From: Dicyema japonicum | Taxonomy: Eukaryota > Animalia > Dicyemida | DNA: 64,000 nucleotides | Assembly (NCBI GenBank): GCA_011109175.1 | Contig: RDEW01000001.1 | Coordinates: forward strand, 2,387,863-2,451,862 | Reading direction: 5' to 3' | Shown: positions 12,989-26,760 of the stretch, piece after piece | Numbering within the stretch: the first letter of the stretch is position 1 | Layout of the letters: the number at the start of each line of letters is the position of its first letter | Position numbers and translations under genes: made by a program | The notes under the pieces: generated by a model | Databases searched by the model: none | What the model was told of the DNA's origin: nothing | What the model saw: only the letters and a program-made list of their open reading frames with translations

Positions 12989-15040
12989 TCATAATGCAGG
13001 CCTTAGTCTCCTAACCTCAATCCGTATATTCCGACAAAATCCATCAACCAGGGGGACACAGTTAAAATACTCGCATCCCCTGCACTCGGTAAGAGTATTC
13101 GTGCAGAACATGGCCAAAAGGCCTCCAATGATTAGCAGAGTGCACAACAAGAAGACTGCCAGGTTAATCCTTTTAACTTTGGGGGACCACTGACCCACAG
13201 TCATATGTGGGACTACCACAAAGGAAACACAAATTCCCGTAACGAACCCCCCAATCCGGGCAGCATTGTCAATGTAAGGAAGAAATCCGAATACAAAGTG
13301 AAGGAGAACTATTGAACTGAGTTTGAAGAGAACAATCCCGGGCTTATAAATTGACTTCCATTGGTGGGCTAATTCCACAAAGGGGACCGCCAGAACCCCC
13401 ATCAAGGCTCCACTAGGTCCACTCTATTGTCAAATATGCAAAATACATCAACGACGTATGGCATTAAAATTGCAGAAGTCAGGGTACCGGCTATTCCACT
13501 GGAAAAAAAGATGAATGCCACCCTCAGTGACCCGATCAGCTTCTCGACGTCTGCCATAAGAAGGTATTCCGCCAGTAGGGATATCAGCAAGTGAAAGATA
13601 CTGAAATTAAAGTAAAATGAACCCAGCGTGAAGAAATAAAGTCGAAAAGGTCCGGTAGAGCTGATCTGGTCTATCCTTTACAACAAATGGAAGCATTCCA
13701 CAGATACTCTGCATGCAGTTAACCTGTGATCACTTCTACCACCACCTGAGAGCACAATGTGAGATCTGGGTGGAAGAATCCATGCAGGAAATCGCAATGT
13801 TCTGATGTTGTTATGAGACATTCCCCCTGTGTGCGGACACAACAAGGTCTCCCGGTTATTTCACAACGCATGTGGTCGAGTCCATCATTCAAGAGTCCTT
13901 CACTCATATTAAAGTGAGCGGATCTCAGACAAATCTAGAATGTGACCCCATAATACCGGCCATTTCGTTATATCAGCTGGCCACGTGGCTATTCCAGTAG
14001 ACATGGGGTCCAAACACCATCTAGTTTTACAAGTAACTCATACAGAGGGTCCTGTCCACATACTGACCCGCTTGTGTTGAGTTTGTTCCACAGAGCGTTA
14101 GTCAACTAACTATTTGAGGAACTAGTACAGAGCATTGGGTTTCCAGGGTTTGATAACAACCACTACCGTCATTTCTTATACAACAAGCAGTTTCCCTCTC
14201 AATAGCTCGGTCACTTTCCATGGCTAGTTCTATGTTTCTATCAGATCTCATACACGGAGAATATTTAGCTCCCATGTGGATCAGATGGGCCTGCACTTAC
14301 TTGAGGACAAACCTGCTCGGGTCCGAGCCATATGTTCTCGGGGATATACCTTACGTCAGGGACAATTCCCAAATCTGCCTTCATAACCTTGAATTAGTCG
14401 TTAAATTAACATATTCACGTTTTTCCGTGATTTGATATCCGATGGGGGCAAATCCATACAACGAAATCGCCACAATCATGACCACCGTTTGAACGAACAT
14501 AAGCCAGTATGTGAAATAGGGTCTTCACTACCAAATTATCCGTCTACCTGTAATTATCTCGTTCGTCTAATTTGGCAAGGTTTTTCTCAAAAAATCCCGC
14601 TTTAAATTTTCTCTCAATTAATGTCCAAATCATCGTATCCCACTTAGGATATGGTCTTCTTGTGGGTTCGGCTTCTCCCCAGTCTCCCGGTATAGCGCTT
14701 TAAGGGTAAACTGAATAAATACCCAGTCCTGCTTCCACGTCGATTCCTTGCCTCATGCGAACTCATAACACGTGATATTTTGCCAGCTGTTAACTCTGCG
14801 ACCGATGGTTTCCGTAGCCTGGACGGTGATGTAGTATTATGGACAGCATCAACCACGTCAGGTTGCTTTTTGGATTTCATGAAGGTTCTGTTCATAAAAT
14901 ATGACCTTCTTTTATTCCAACTCGACTCGGAGCCTTCATCTCTCGTAAGTCCGAGAAAGTCCACCAAGGCGTCTGATACCTTACTGCCATAATTGAACAC
15001 TCAGAAACCGTGAGAACTGACTAATCCGCACCTCAGCCAT
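12989..15040 (-). CDS. RHBDF: Inactive rhomboid (iRhom, RHBDF1/2-like)
   Basis: Cys-rich iRhom homology domain ([28 protein letters not shown]), GPS at the catalytic motif, LPYIDN and C-terminal CEYFNCVP. Multiple micro-introns. Confidence 0.93.
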
Positions 15041-16450
15041 ATTAAATACCCAATTGCCCTTCAATGCGTTATTAAGGATTTAAATGATACAAAATCGATT
15101 AAATTTAGCGGTAAAATCAATTTTCTGATTACATTGAAATTTTAATTAAAATTAACTTTAATTGTGTTACCCCTGTTTCATACGAGCCCTTGGAGACGAC
15201 AAATACTGGGACTAGACCTACGCAGATCAGCGCTTTATATTCCCTTCTTCTGATGGTTGTCAAAGTTAGACTCACACGCCTAAGGTGGAGATATACTTAG
15301 AAATCTTTTTGCTTGTCATGGACCACCAGGGCTCCACGTGAAAGTATAGGATCCCTTGTNTTTTCTGATTACATTGAAATTTTAATTAAAATTAACTTTA
15401 ATTGTGTTACCCCTGTTTCATACGAGCCCTTGGAGACGACAAATACTGGGACCAGACCTACGCAGATCAGCGCTTTAGATTCACTTCTTCTGATGGTCTT
15501 CTTCTGATGGTTGTCAGAGTTAGACTCACACGCCTATGGTGGAGATATACTTAGAAATCTTTTTGCTTGTCATGGACCACCAGGGCTCCACGTGAAAGTA
15601 TAGGATCCCTTGTGATGTAGATTACCAGAAACCAGAGGGAGTCTCCGAGCTTAAAGCTTACGGATTCTTATCTACAAAGGACTGAATCAGTTTTATTAAA
15701 AAAAGACGTCCAGAATAGATTGAGTTACTTAATATCACGAGACCAAAACTTTGGGGTCCATTGTCTCATTTTGGTTCTCCCCTTCTCAACAAAACAGTTA
15801 CATCAATGTTTGAATTCTAAAAGAAATTTTCCACTTTTACAGCATTTAGCTCTTCACGTGGATTTCGTGTCTTTTGACTATCACATTGGTAGTTGATAAC
15901 ATCCCGTTTGATGGGAGTTATCAATATTAGACAGTGAGTCTGAAGGATTTACTAAATGGACAAGGGGGAGACTTGATTCACTAACGAACATGACCATTAG
16001 TCACTGAAGTTATCGGGAGCTCATAAATCTAAACTAATCCCATTCACAAGTGTTACAAGCTGGTGGTTATGTAATTGACGGAAATACTGGTTTCAGTTTT
16101 CGTAGTGACTGACAATATCGCCTTGGCAACTGACTATTTAAAGGGGTTTTAATGAGTTGTAAAGGGGATATGCGGTCCACATGTCCAAAGAGACGCCTAA
16201 TCCGTAACAGACATACAAAATGGAATTCACTTTTCCACTACATGTCTGAAGGGTTTCCACAATGACTGGACATGATGGATTTGGCAGTCTTTAGAGTCAG
16301 CTTGTAACATTCAAGAAAAATTGTTTCTTCACTTGAAAAAGAATCCATCATAACACAGTCAGTAAGCACGGTGGTTTCATCAGACAAAACCACAAAATAC
16401 GTATCACCACGGCAACGCGTAAAATTAATAATTTTTAAAAGTGAAAATTA

Positions 16451-16984
16451 TTAATTCAAAGTCATAGCCTTAGTAAAACTAAACACAAAACACAAAGAAT
16501 ACATAATTTTATTATAAAAAGCATAAAAATAATAATTATAAGGATAATAGTAATAATTTGCAAGCCCATAACACCACCCATTAGTATATAATGAGTGGTA
16601 GTCATGGGCCAAATTATTATCAAATGCATAGGGACAACCACCCTCCTGCATTAAGAGTTGATCACATGCAAATACAGCTTCTTCAAGCATAATTTCATCA
16701 AACTCTCTTACTTGTGGGGCAATTGGTAATGACAGGTCAGCCGCCAATAATTGATAAGCATCTTTGCTTATTCTTTTCAGTATTGACGGATTTTCGTAAT
16801 AATTTCTTATATTTCTGTTTACTGAGTTAACTGTCATTTTTGGATTATGTTTTACTATTCCCCAGAGCCTTGCGAGCTCGTTCATATCATTAATTCTGAA
16901 TATTTTGTGACCAATCCATTCCACACATGGATGATTATCGTTCAAAAGTTTTAAAATAAACTTGTACAAAACAACTTTAACCAT
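16451..16984 (-). CDS. Divergent intronless ETS-domain transcription factor
   Basis: LYKFILKLL...VEW...FRI...ELARLWG..K.NPKMT...VNRNIRNYY is an ETS domain. An AT-rich tract lies upstream. Confidence 0.85.
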   Translation of the reverse strand: MVKVVLYKFILKLLNDNHPCVEWIGHKIFRINDMNELARLWGIVKHNPKMTVNSVNRNIRNYYENPSILKRISKDAYQLLAADLSLPIAPQVREFDEIMLEEAVFACDQLLMQEGGCPYAFDNNLAHDYHSLYTNGWCYGLANYYYYPYNYYFYAFYNKIMYSLCFVFSFTKAMTLN

Positions 16985-17456
16985 ACAACAACAAACAATT
17001 TTTCGGTTTGTATTTATTAAAAATTTAAATTATTAAATATAAAAAATTAATTAATTAATAAATAATAATATTAATTTTTTCCATTAAAATATTAAACACT
17101 TGTCAGTTTAGTGCTTTGGATGTCATTGCTAACAATACTCTGTGTATAAGATTCTACCCACTGGCTATTTGAATAATGATTTCTCTTCTTCTATTTTTTA
17201 AAATTATGTAATCTACCTTCTCAGCTTGCGCCCAGTGCCTGGATGGCATGAAAAAGGACATTTGCTATCTCTTACTCTAATGGAGAGGTTCTTGAAACTC
17301 CAAAAATGATGTTTTCCTTAGCTGGGAATATATCAGGTTTATCTGCTGTCTAAGATTGTAATGCCAATCGATGCAGGTTATGCCAGTTTCTCAAGTTTTT
17401 TCAATTTTGAACCGGACGAGATTCTAACTCGAATACTTAAATAATATTAGCGACAG

Positions 17457-17544
17457 TGAGCTACTTTGGGGTTATTTTCAACTCCAAAAGGGTTCCCTGA
17501 TGAGCTACTTTGGGGTTACTTTCAACTCCAAGAGGGTTTCCTGA
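17457..17544. repeat. Two-copy 44-nt tandem repeat
   Basis: TGAGCTACTTTGGGGTTAYTTTCAACTCCAARAGGGTTYCCTGA occurs twice. Confidence 0.8.
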
Positions 17545-18619
17545 AGCACGCTGCCTGATCATAAGCCCAAAGTTGTGAAAGAGCCATCATGTCATCTGGG
17601 CTTCCCTTCCTCATTTCTGAAAGGCGTGACATTAAGACCGCATAAGTTCTCAACTGGGATAACCTAAAAAGGTTTGTTACTCAGAGCCCGATTCTCTTCG
17701 AACTCCCAGAATAGCATTTTTATCACATTTTATAAGAAAAATTTTTGGACTTCTTCTAAGTAGGTGATGGGGTCCCACCAGAAAAGGTTAAGAACATATC
17801 TACATTGAAATCCTCAACGAGACAAAGATGAAGGACAAGATTTTCGCAGACTTTAACAGGAATACTGACTGTTAATCCACATTGGGGTCCAAAGACCAGA
17901 ATCTATTGGAGAACGAGTCCAGCAGTCGTTGTCCGAAGTACCTCATCAACCCCCTAGTTATTTCCCTACAGTTGAGACAATGAATATCCAGCAGTTGTGG
18001 TTGCTGTGAAGGGACCATATTCAAACGGTTGACTTAACTCCAAGCTTTAGAATTATTTTGCAGGTTGATCAATCATGGTGGACGTGCTAGCTGGAAGTGG
18101 TTAGCAAACTTATTTGAAAATTTTGGCAGTGACGAGTTTAAGGGGTCACATATTTGTGCTTATTAGAAAACTGTTCAGATGTGGATGGATATCTTGTAAA
18201 TCCTAATTTAACATAAAATTTTGTTAAAACGTTTTTTAGAATAAACATAAAGAACACACTAGATCCTGATGAGTTCCGTCAAAATCATCATCTCGGCCGG
18301 TGTTCCTCCATCGTGGCCACAAATGACCGCACTGGACACAGAGTTGACAGGGGCGTATCCTCGCATCCTGGATATCCTCGCATTTAATCGTAGATTTATT
18401 ATGCAAAGATTAATAATCATTTTTTTATACAAATAATTTTATTGATTTTTTAAATTAAAAAAACATGGGGATTTTCTGAATTTTCATGGGACCCCGTTGA
18501 GAAACTTTGGCCTAGGGTCGTGAACTATCCAGTCCTGAATTCTGTCTACAAACACTACATCGAACTATAAATCTCCTATGCGTCTGCTTCCTGGGATTCA
18601 TTGATTAATTAAAAAAAGA

Positions 18620-18750
18620 AGCGTGGCGCAATGTGGTGATTCGTGGCTAATAGATTGAAGTTTCTGTTTTGTTCGTCTGTTCCTAATTCACTTAATTAGC
18701 GTGAGTCATGTGGTTCGCCTTGTCTGGTGGCGTCAGATACAAGTCAAAAG
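18620..18750 (+). mobile_element. Repeat family B copy
   Basis: GCGTGGCGCAATGTGGTGATTCGTGGCTAATAGATTGAAGTTTCTGTTTTGTTCGTCTG matches the reverse complement of 8645-8705. Confidence 0.7.
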
Positions 18751-20633
18751 TGTATCTCAAAAGAACTATTTGTCAACGACCATCCAGAGGAGTGCCCCTT
18801 GGAAGGCTCATCCTACACATCCGGGTACTTTTCCTGTGGAGACTCGTCATGTTATGGGAATGCACAGAGACGCAGTTGGAACAATGAGAAAAAATGCGGA
18901 GACTGTTGAGGGAGGCTCACCTGAAATTTTGTTTATTTTGGATTTGACGGTGGTTTCGGTTCATTAAATTAAATTAAAATTCACTTCTTGAAAAAATTCC
19001 ATGAATGCCTAAGCTAGCCAAAAAAAGGCTTTTAAAATTACTAAGAGATGGACTTATGGAAACGTCATCTCTCCAATGCCTCTGGAATTCCTAATCCACA
19101 TCAATAGAGGAGCGTGCTAGTGGGATTAAGATCATCAGGACATATGGGCGATACTTCCTTGTGTGGGTTCAACGGGAACACGTGAGTAGTTAGTTTGGTG
19201 TTAGTGGTCTTGGAATTTTTCATTTTGGTTAAAGAATCAAAGTTTTATTTTTTTCATTGTAATTTTAAAAAATTTAAAAAGATCTCAATGACCAGGATAT
19301 CGTCGTTAGCAGAAAGGTTCAGTTACTGACTTAACTCACTGCAAAATGTCTCTATCACGTCATTAAGAATTTACCCCCGCATCCGCATTCTTTTAATGGA
19401 CTGAATAAAATCTCATGAAGCTTAGGGAACTAAAAAACTTAGAATAACAATAGTCTTTTATTTGAACCCCTCTCGAAGCCTTAACACTATGAAGAGATCC
19501 CAGTAGAGGGACTCGGAGTAGTAGCCTGAGACAGAAAGAATATTAGAATGGATTAATATAACCTTCGAGAATTAACTTGTCCTCCTAAGGTATATGGTAC
19601 TTAGCAAGTTCCCCCAATTTTGGCATAATAGGATTGAACCCACATCAAGGTAGATTCTCTAATAAGTAATGGTTTGCTGAAAATTGCCTAGAATAGTAAT
19701 ACTGAAAATTCCGACATCCACTCGAGACGATTGGGGGGAGTAGAAATAGGATGAGTAAATTCCTCTAAGAGAAGGAAGATTATAAAATGTTGTTTCGTGT
19801 GTATGCTCGTCTGCGATTGATTTTTAAATGAAATTTTGATTTGAATTTTGGGATCAATTCGATGGGGGAATCACATTTCTCAACGTCAGCATCATGATTA
19901 CGTCCCAATTGGGGGGAACTCGAACGGCTGTAAGTTTTTATATGAAAATCATGACTATGGATTGGACGAACAAGAATGCAATTTTATTAGCGCGAACAGA
20001 AAATAAGTTAACAACTACCTAAAATAGAAACTCAATATTGCTATATTACTACTCTGAGGCCACGTGTTAGTTCTCTGGTCTCTGAGTTTTAAAAATTAGT
20101 TATAAAGTAATTGGCTAAGAAAGCACTAAGATGACTCACTTGAACATAAAGGTTAAGTTAGATGACTCATCCCACGAGTCAGCTTAAAGGACAATTTCCT
20201 GCTACCAAACAGCCCTTGGACCACTGAACCTACGTCATCATTTTGAGTCACCCGTAGGTAGGCCAGAAGGGCTCCACTAAAACAAGTTTGTTCATGACCA
20301 CAAGAAATTAAATAGAACTGGAAATATTATTCACAAAAAAATAAATTATTCTAAAGAAAATTGTTCACACGTGGTGTTCATGACCACAAGAAATTAAATA
20401 GAACTGGAAATATTATTCACAAAAAAATAAATTATTCTAAAGAAAATTGTTCACACGTGGGAACACACCTGGTAGTTCTTAACATAAAAGTAAATTCTTG
20501 TTGAAAACACCGTAAATTGATATTTCTGCATGTTTATCTCTTAAAATAATAAAAATCAAAATTTTATTTGTGCATGCATTTTTTCGAAAATTCCCTTGAT
20601 TTTAATATAAATTTCAAGAAATTAAAAAAATTG

Positions 20634-20891
20634 ATGATTTTATTTTTATTATCAATTTATCACATAACCGATGCAAGCATGACTTTGAATGATCGAAATT
20701 TGGCGCGAAAAAGATCCTTGCAGGAGATTTTCAAAAACAGAACAAGAGAAAGGAATAATCCAGAGATAATCAGTAAACTGTATAACATTGATAGAGTCAT
20801 GGATTATAACTCGTTTTTAGATATGATGGATTTGTCAGAGACTACTGATGGTGACATCATTGATATGCAATCACCAAAAAGCAGGCTATAA
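20634..20891 (+). CDS. Hypothetical small, possibly secreted protein
   Basis: ATG after an AT-rich tract, a short hydrophobic N-terminus (MILFLLSIYHITDA) and an RKR site. No recognised homology. Confidence 0.3.
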   Translation: MILFLLSIYHITDASMTLNDRNLARKRSLQEIFKNRTRERNNPEIISKLYNIDRVMDYNSFLDMMDLSETTDGDIIDMQSPKSRL

Positions 20892-21799
20892 TCACTAATA
20901 CCGTCTATAACCACATGGTTTTGTCTTGTTTCGAATAAATATGTTTTAATTCACTGGGTACATTGAGGAAGTTGATAGTTAGAACTAATATATGTATACA
21001 GTTCACACGATCAAGAGGCAAAGCCTTCCAATATCACCAGTCCTCCCAGAAGACTTCCGTTCCATACAGTTCTGGAAAATCCTTTTATGTGGGTGATCGA
21101 ATGATCTCGTGCCATCTTGCCACTGAGAATTAACTGAGGCAGGCGTTCACACGACGCCAATTATCAGAATGAAAAAGAATAAATTTTTATTTATCTCTAA
21201 AACACAAAGTAAAAAGAAAATCAAGTAAAATTCTTAAATTCCGTGTTTTTGCCCAATTTTCGGTGAGCCCTGCACAACTAATTAATCCAAGGAAGAAACC
21301 CAAAGGAGAACCAGCGCTATCCAAATCCATTCTTCATTAGTCTATTAAGAGGTTCACAAGAGAGGTTGAGAAGCATGTCCACCCTCCTCCATTTTCATTA
21401 CACGTCCTATAATGATAGTAATTAAAACGTATATTCAGGTCTTTGATATTGAGCATCCCCTCTAAGGATTTTTATGGAAGCTCTCGCANAGGAACCCAAA
21501 GGAGAACCAGCGCTATCCAAATCCATTCTTCATTAGTCTATTAAGAGGTTCAGAAGAGAGGTTGAGAAGCATGTCCACCCTCCTCCATTTTCATTACACG
21601 TCCTATAATGATAGTAATTAAAACGTATAGTCAGGTCTTTGATATTGAGCATCCCCTCTAAGGATTTTTATGGAAGCTCTCGCAATCAACCATTCATCAC
21701 CTCGGCTGTAAATTATTTTTTTATTATCAAAAATCCGACGCCACGTAGGAAGAAAAGTTAATTAGTTGAGGATTTTTAGACTTTTAAAAAATGTTTCCG

Positions 21800-21985
21800 T
21801 TACTTAAACATCAGCTCAGACAGAACACTTTATTTAAGAAGTAAGAACATGCTATGTAATCGAATATATCCTTGACTTCTTATCCTTTTCTTTTTTGCTT
21901 GTGTGTGTCCGGAGAAATAAAACACCCGACGGCGTCACTCTTCAACCCAGAAGTATCGTAGATGCGTGGAACCTTTAACAGGCGG
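21800..21985 (-). mobile_element. SINE family A, diverged copy
   Basis: Contains GACGGCGTCACTC and ATCGTAGATGCGTGGAACCTT, as in other family A copies. Confidence 0.6.
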
Positions 21986-22174
21986 ACATATCATTCTGAT
22001 CCCTGCTGAAGCCCAAATATCGCTTCTTAGTGGCGAAATCACCTCCGAAGTAGTCTGACTCCGCTTTGATGCCAATTTGAGATTTTGGAAAGTTGAGAGA
22101 CCATTGATGCAGATTATTTATTTTCTAAGCCAGATCTTTTGGGCCTCCTTGATGTAGCTGAGTTTTTCTTCAAA

Positions 22175-22455
22175 TTTAATGGTTGGATCTTTTTGAATGC
22201 CGGCCAGGCGTCTCCTTAGTAAGGTGGATCCAATGACGTCATCAGAGGGAAGATAATTTTTAACCAATTAGCCACATAGCACTACGTGGCGCCATTTCCA
22301 TCTTTTTTAAGAATTAGCTGAGTTTTTCTTCAAATTTAATGGTTGGATCCTTTTGAATGCCGGCCAGGCGTCTTCTTAGTAAGGTGGATCCAATGACGTC
22401 ATCAGAGGGAAGATAATTTTTAACCAATTAGCCACATAGCACTACGTGGCGCCAT
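22175..22455 (-). mobile_element. Repeat family B copy (present twice in tandem)
   Basis: AACCAATTAGCCAC.TAGCAC.ACGTGGCGCCA and AGGTGGATC..ATGACG match the 8510-8705 copy. Confidence 0.65.
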
Positions 22456-24806
22456 TTCCATCTTTTTTAAGAATTTTCTTTATTATTGATGATGATCCTA
22501 GGCTTTCTTGAAAGTTATCCAAGATTCTCGTTATCTTCGGGATGACCTCCCCCATGTCGGTCTGGGGTCACTTAGTTAGTTAGAAGTGATCCTAAAGGTA
22601 GTAATAATAATAATAATAGGTGGATAGTCATCAGTGGGAAGCTCTTCTGTTTCCTGGTAGTTATACTGTTCTATGTAAAATGGAAACGTCGTCTCCAACT
22701 CTCATTGTGAGGAGATACGAAAACCTACTTCACTATTATAGAAAATGCTAATATTGCTGGCTTATGGATCTACAGAAAATCTCTTCGAATTGGTAACCGG
22801 AACCACGTGGGCGAATTCAGATAAACTTAAGATTTGTAGTGGAATTGCTTTCATTCAAGGTTCACTAATGTGTGGGTATCAACCATTCTACTAAAATTAT
22901 GCCCTAATAACAGTGTATTCTGAGTTTATGAGAGATAAGCAATGGATGGCAGCTAATTCATACAAATGGATGTTGCGACTGCATAACTTTAAGAGGGTTG
23001 TTTCTGAAATGTAAGGAACTCCCTTTTTTAAGATCTTTTGGAACCATGATAACAAAAGCAAGATACGAACGTCAGGAAACCGGGTGTTGTTCTATTCAAT
23101 GCAATAGAGGGGAGAAAATAATTCATTTTTATGTATCCCTGGGACTGGGTGTCACCAGAGACAGACGGAACACATGACTCCACTCTGGGAGAAGAGAAGG
23201 TAAGGAACAGAAAAAAAATCGTTGACCAAGTAGTCAGTAGGGATAGAATCAATGGAGAATTGTTATTACATCCCAACCATTCTGTAATGTGATTTGTTTT
23301 TTACAACCTGGTTTCACTATTTTGTAATGTGATTTGTCTTTAATGAGTCATAGATCAGATTTCTGGATCAAATCTAATATCGACCCTTGACACGTGACAA
23401 CGATAACGATTTATTTACGAAAGAGATAGGAGTTTTCTGGAGTAACTGTAGGCTCATTGAGCTAGAAATTATGATGATCACGCAAGGAATACGCTTGTCA
23501 CCAAACATCCGGGCTATCTTGTATAATATATTGTTGTTCCCTTTTGACGATTCTGAAAGGTGTATGACGAGTTAAGGGTATAACACATTTATAATATTTG
23601 AACGTCCATGTGACTACGTGTCCTCACTTACGAGTCAACTCATCATGGACAGGGAAATGTTTAAAGAAAACAAATTGTTATGGAGTGAGATAAAGAGTTT
23701 CAATGTCGTTGGGCAAATTGTGAGATCAAATTGAGAAAACTAAGCAGCGACTATAAAAAGGGAATCGACTATTTTTCGCAGAGGGAATTTACTTGGAGGA
23801 TCGAGTCTGTCCGTGATATCAAAACTAGTCTGTCAACACGTGGGTCGTATTATTACTTTTTTAGATATATCAGTTGCTGAAATACTTAGTTTTGTGAGTG
23901 ACCCCAAGTTTAGGGAATGTATATGACTGTAATAGGGTTTTTTGTTGTAGTAAAGAGTTTGTGAGGTCACAAATGTCGATAGAATTAGTAGTGTATTGGA
24001 GGATCCATAAGACAAGAATATAATTTTGTCTTGATAATTCGTCTTATTTGTCTCCAATCTTCATTTAATGGGGGGCTGATCATTTGAAATCAGTTCCTGG
24101 TCCCACTCTTACATGTTAGTATGGTTGGGGTAATTGATAACTGATAAAACATTATTAAACAAAGCAGATGTACTTAATTATAGTCAAGCTCTGGTAATTG
24201 AACGTATCCCCCCTTCGATGTGATTCACTGTTACGTGAAAAAATTGGATTCTAGTCTCAATATGGAAACTAAAAAAATTACAATTACTCCCCTTTCAACG
24301 ACTTCTGGGAAATCGGACTTGATGATGGCGGCTATTGAGCAGACGCATAGCTTTCACTCCCAAGTATCGGATTGGCTACTCATAATCCTCGCTGAAGACA
24401 TCTAACAGAGCCCCAAAGGATTAGTAAATTCCGCATTTTAAATGGCCTTGCACACAAATCCACTAAACTTATTGTTTTTCTCACCAACCACAAAATGATA
24501 ATGCCGTCCACCAAGAAACGAAATTATCCAGAAAATCAACTCTTCCTTACTTCAAAGATATTTTATTGTCTGCCGTGACTTACCTAATTCAAACATGGGA
24601 GGCGGTGTAATCACCTTTATACACAAGTCTATTCCTTTCTGTGATACTTCTGCTAGGACGCACGCTCTGATTGATGGTAACAATCACATTGAACTTATTC
24701 CCATCCTCGCCAAAAAAAACCTTACACATTCGTAAATCTATATCCCTCTACATGATCCCTGTATGAAACAATTTTGAGCAAAAAAGTCTTTGATTTAAAA
24801 TATTTT

Positions 24807-25649
24807 TTAAAGATTTAAATCTCCTTCTATAGATAACTCAAAGATTCTTTGAATTTTTTCTTTAAGGAGGTGAGCTAAATATTCTACACTCTTTTTCTCA
24901 TTTTCTACGTCAGCACTAAGAAACTTTATGTATTTGATGCCTTCATCGAGAATCATCTTTTTGGATGTCTTAAAATATTTGCTTATTGAAGGAACGGACT
25001 CCTTCAATTCTTTAAACAAAATAGAAAGATTTTTAGTTCTCATACGGGCAGCACGTTTTTTATCTAAATTAAATTACAAATAGCACTTGCTTCGTAACTA
25101 TCTTCCTCCACTTCATTCAACATTGTATCACTTTCAATGGGAATTTCAGGTTCAACATCCATGGGGACTGTTTCCAGTGTTGGATTGTGTAGGGGGGTAT
25201 TTTCAAAATCAACAATATTCACGTCTACTATATGCTCGATTATAACCTGTGGTACAACCAAGATGTTCTCGAGTGTCGATTGTCACAGACACTATGAATT
25301 TGACTGTGCAAATTACCTGGATCGAAATAGTAGTGGGATACAGTCGATAACAGCTCATCATCGTCCTCTAAATCTGGATAAATTACAGTTTATAAGTGAA
25401 ATCAGTACCTGGAAGGGATAAAATGGATGGTCGACGAAATGGCACATCGTTTCTATTCTCAATCTCCAAATTTGAAGCATCTATTTCATTAGAAAGACAA
25501 AATAGCCTTTAACACAGTTGGGAGGAGATAAAACAGGCAAAAAATCATCAATGTTGTCATTTTCTTTAAAATCCTCAATGTCGTTAGTTGGCTCCCTAAT
25601 GGTTGAGATTATGCTACAACTCCTTAGTATCCCCCTGATTAAAAGACAT
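24807..25649 (-). CDS. bHLH-leucine zipper transcription factor, Myc-like architecture
   Basis: C-terminal KKRAARMRTKNLSILFKELKESVP...KTSKKMILDEGIKYIKFL plus heptad leucines. The acidic N-terminal part joins in frame across about five short introns and contains LPVLSPP. Confidence 0.72.
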
Positions 25650-25719
25650 TCAATTAATTTTACAAATATACAATTTATATTTATGATTACGTTATGATAT
25701 TAGCTAAGCTACAAGTGCT

Positions 25720-26760
25720 TCTATATTCTTAGACAATGCAGATACAACGAGTGTCGTTCCGAGTTCGAATCTGGCTAAAATTTTTGACACCGATATCCAT
25801 CCGAAATACCAGATGTGGATGGCCAATTTCATTAATGGTAGAAGAGGCCAAGTTGTCATGAATAATAGAAAATCAAGACAACGATGCCTCCCCAACTGGT
25901 CCCTCAAGGATCCCCTTTATCTCCAACCTTGTTCAACTTATTTACAAGAGACCTTCCAAATCCAAACATCCAAAATACCATCCTTCTGTCTTATTGTAGC
26001 AACAAGACACCAAGACCATAAGAAGCTGCACGAAGGGTTCAGAAGACCATCGACATTATGAACGCATGGTTACTCAAAAACCACATGAAAATATCCCCTG
26101 GGAAGTCGAGCACTGCGATTATCTCCTCCTACAGGAAACATGCATCTTCGATCCTAAATTAACTTGGAATGGAGAGCTCATCCCAGTTAATAAGAACCCA
26201 TCAATCTTGGAGTTACATATGACTCGTTGATGACGTTCACACATTATGTGGACACAATAATTCCAAGAGTTCAAAAAAAGATGGGGATCCTCAAGACCTC
26301 TGCTAGATCTCCAATATCTTCACTTTCTTATCTCGAATTATTATACAAACAGTATATTCTACGACAATGGAACATCCATGTACGGCGTGGATGTAAATAT
26401 CCACGCAGAATAAATTAGAGGTCATACAAAACCAATGCTTCCGGATCCTTCTGAAATGTAACAGAATGATGCCTACGTCAGAAATGAGGAACACATTAGA
26501 TCTCAAAAAAGTTATGGAACATCTCGGTGACGAACAACAAAAATTCTTGAAAATGGTGCGATCTTCTGGTAACCCACTTCAAGATGAGTTTCTTGCCTAC
26601 CAGAAGTATGCTCGCAAATTTGAGATCAAACCTTCCCCCTTTTAGACGATCATAAAAAATTGCAGACAGTCGAAACAAAGAAGGACGCACTGACACCGGG
26701 ATCACTTAATTAGACGATAACTTTTTATTCTTTCCTGTGTTCTCGGTGTTATAATAATAA
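25720..26760 (+). mobile_element. Decayed LINE reverse transcriptase with (TAA)n tail
   Basis: Frameshifted W..NFINGR, PQGSPLSPTLFNLF and NPSILG motifs. Ends in ATAATAATAA. Confidence 0.8.

Noticed and set aside
17457-17544. CRISPR-like array or hammerhead ribozyme (CTGATGA)
   Set aside because: Only two adjacent units with no spacers, and no stem II followed by GAAA. Other CTGATGA hits also lack the hammerhead core.
18701-18967. Small Cys-containing ORFs
   Set aside because: They start at non-ATG codons inside repeat family B and show no homology.
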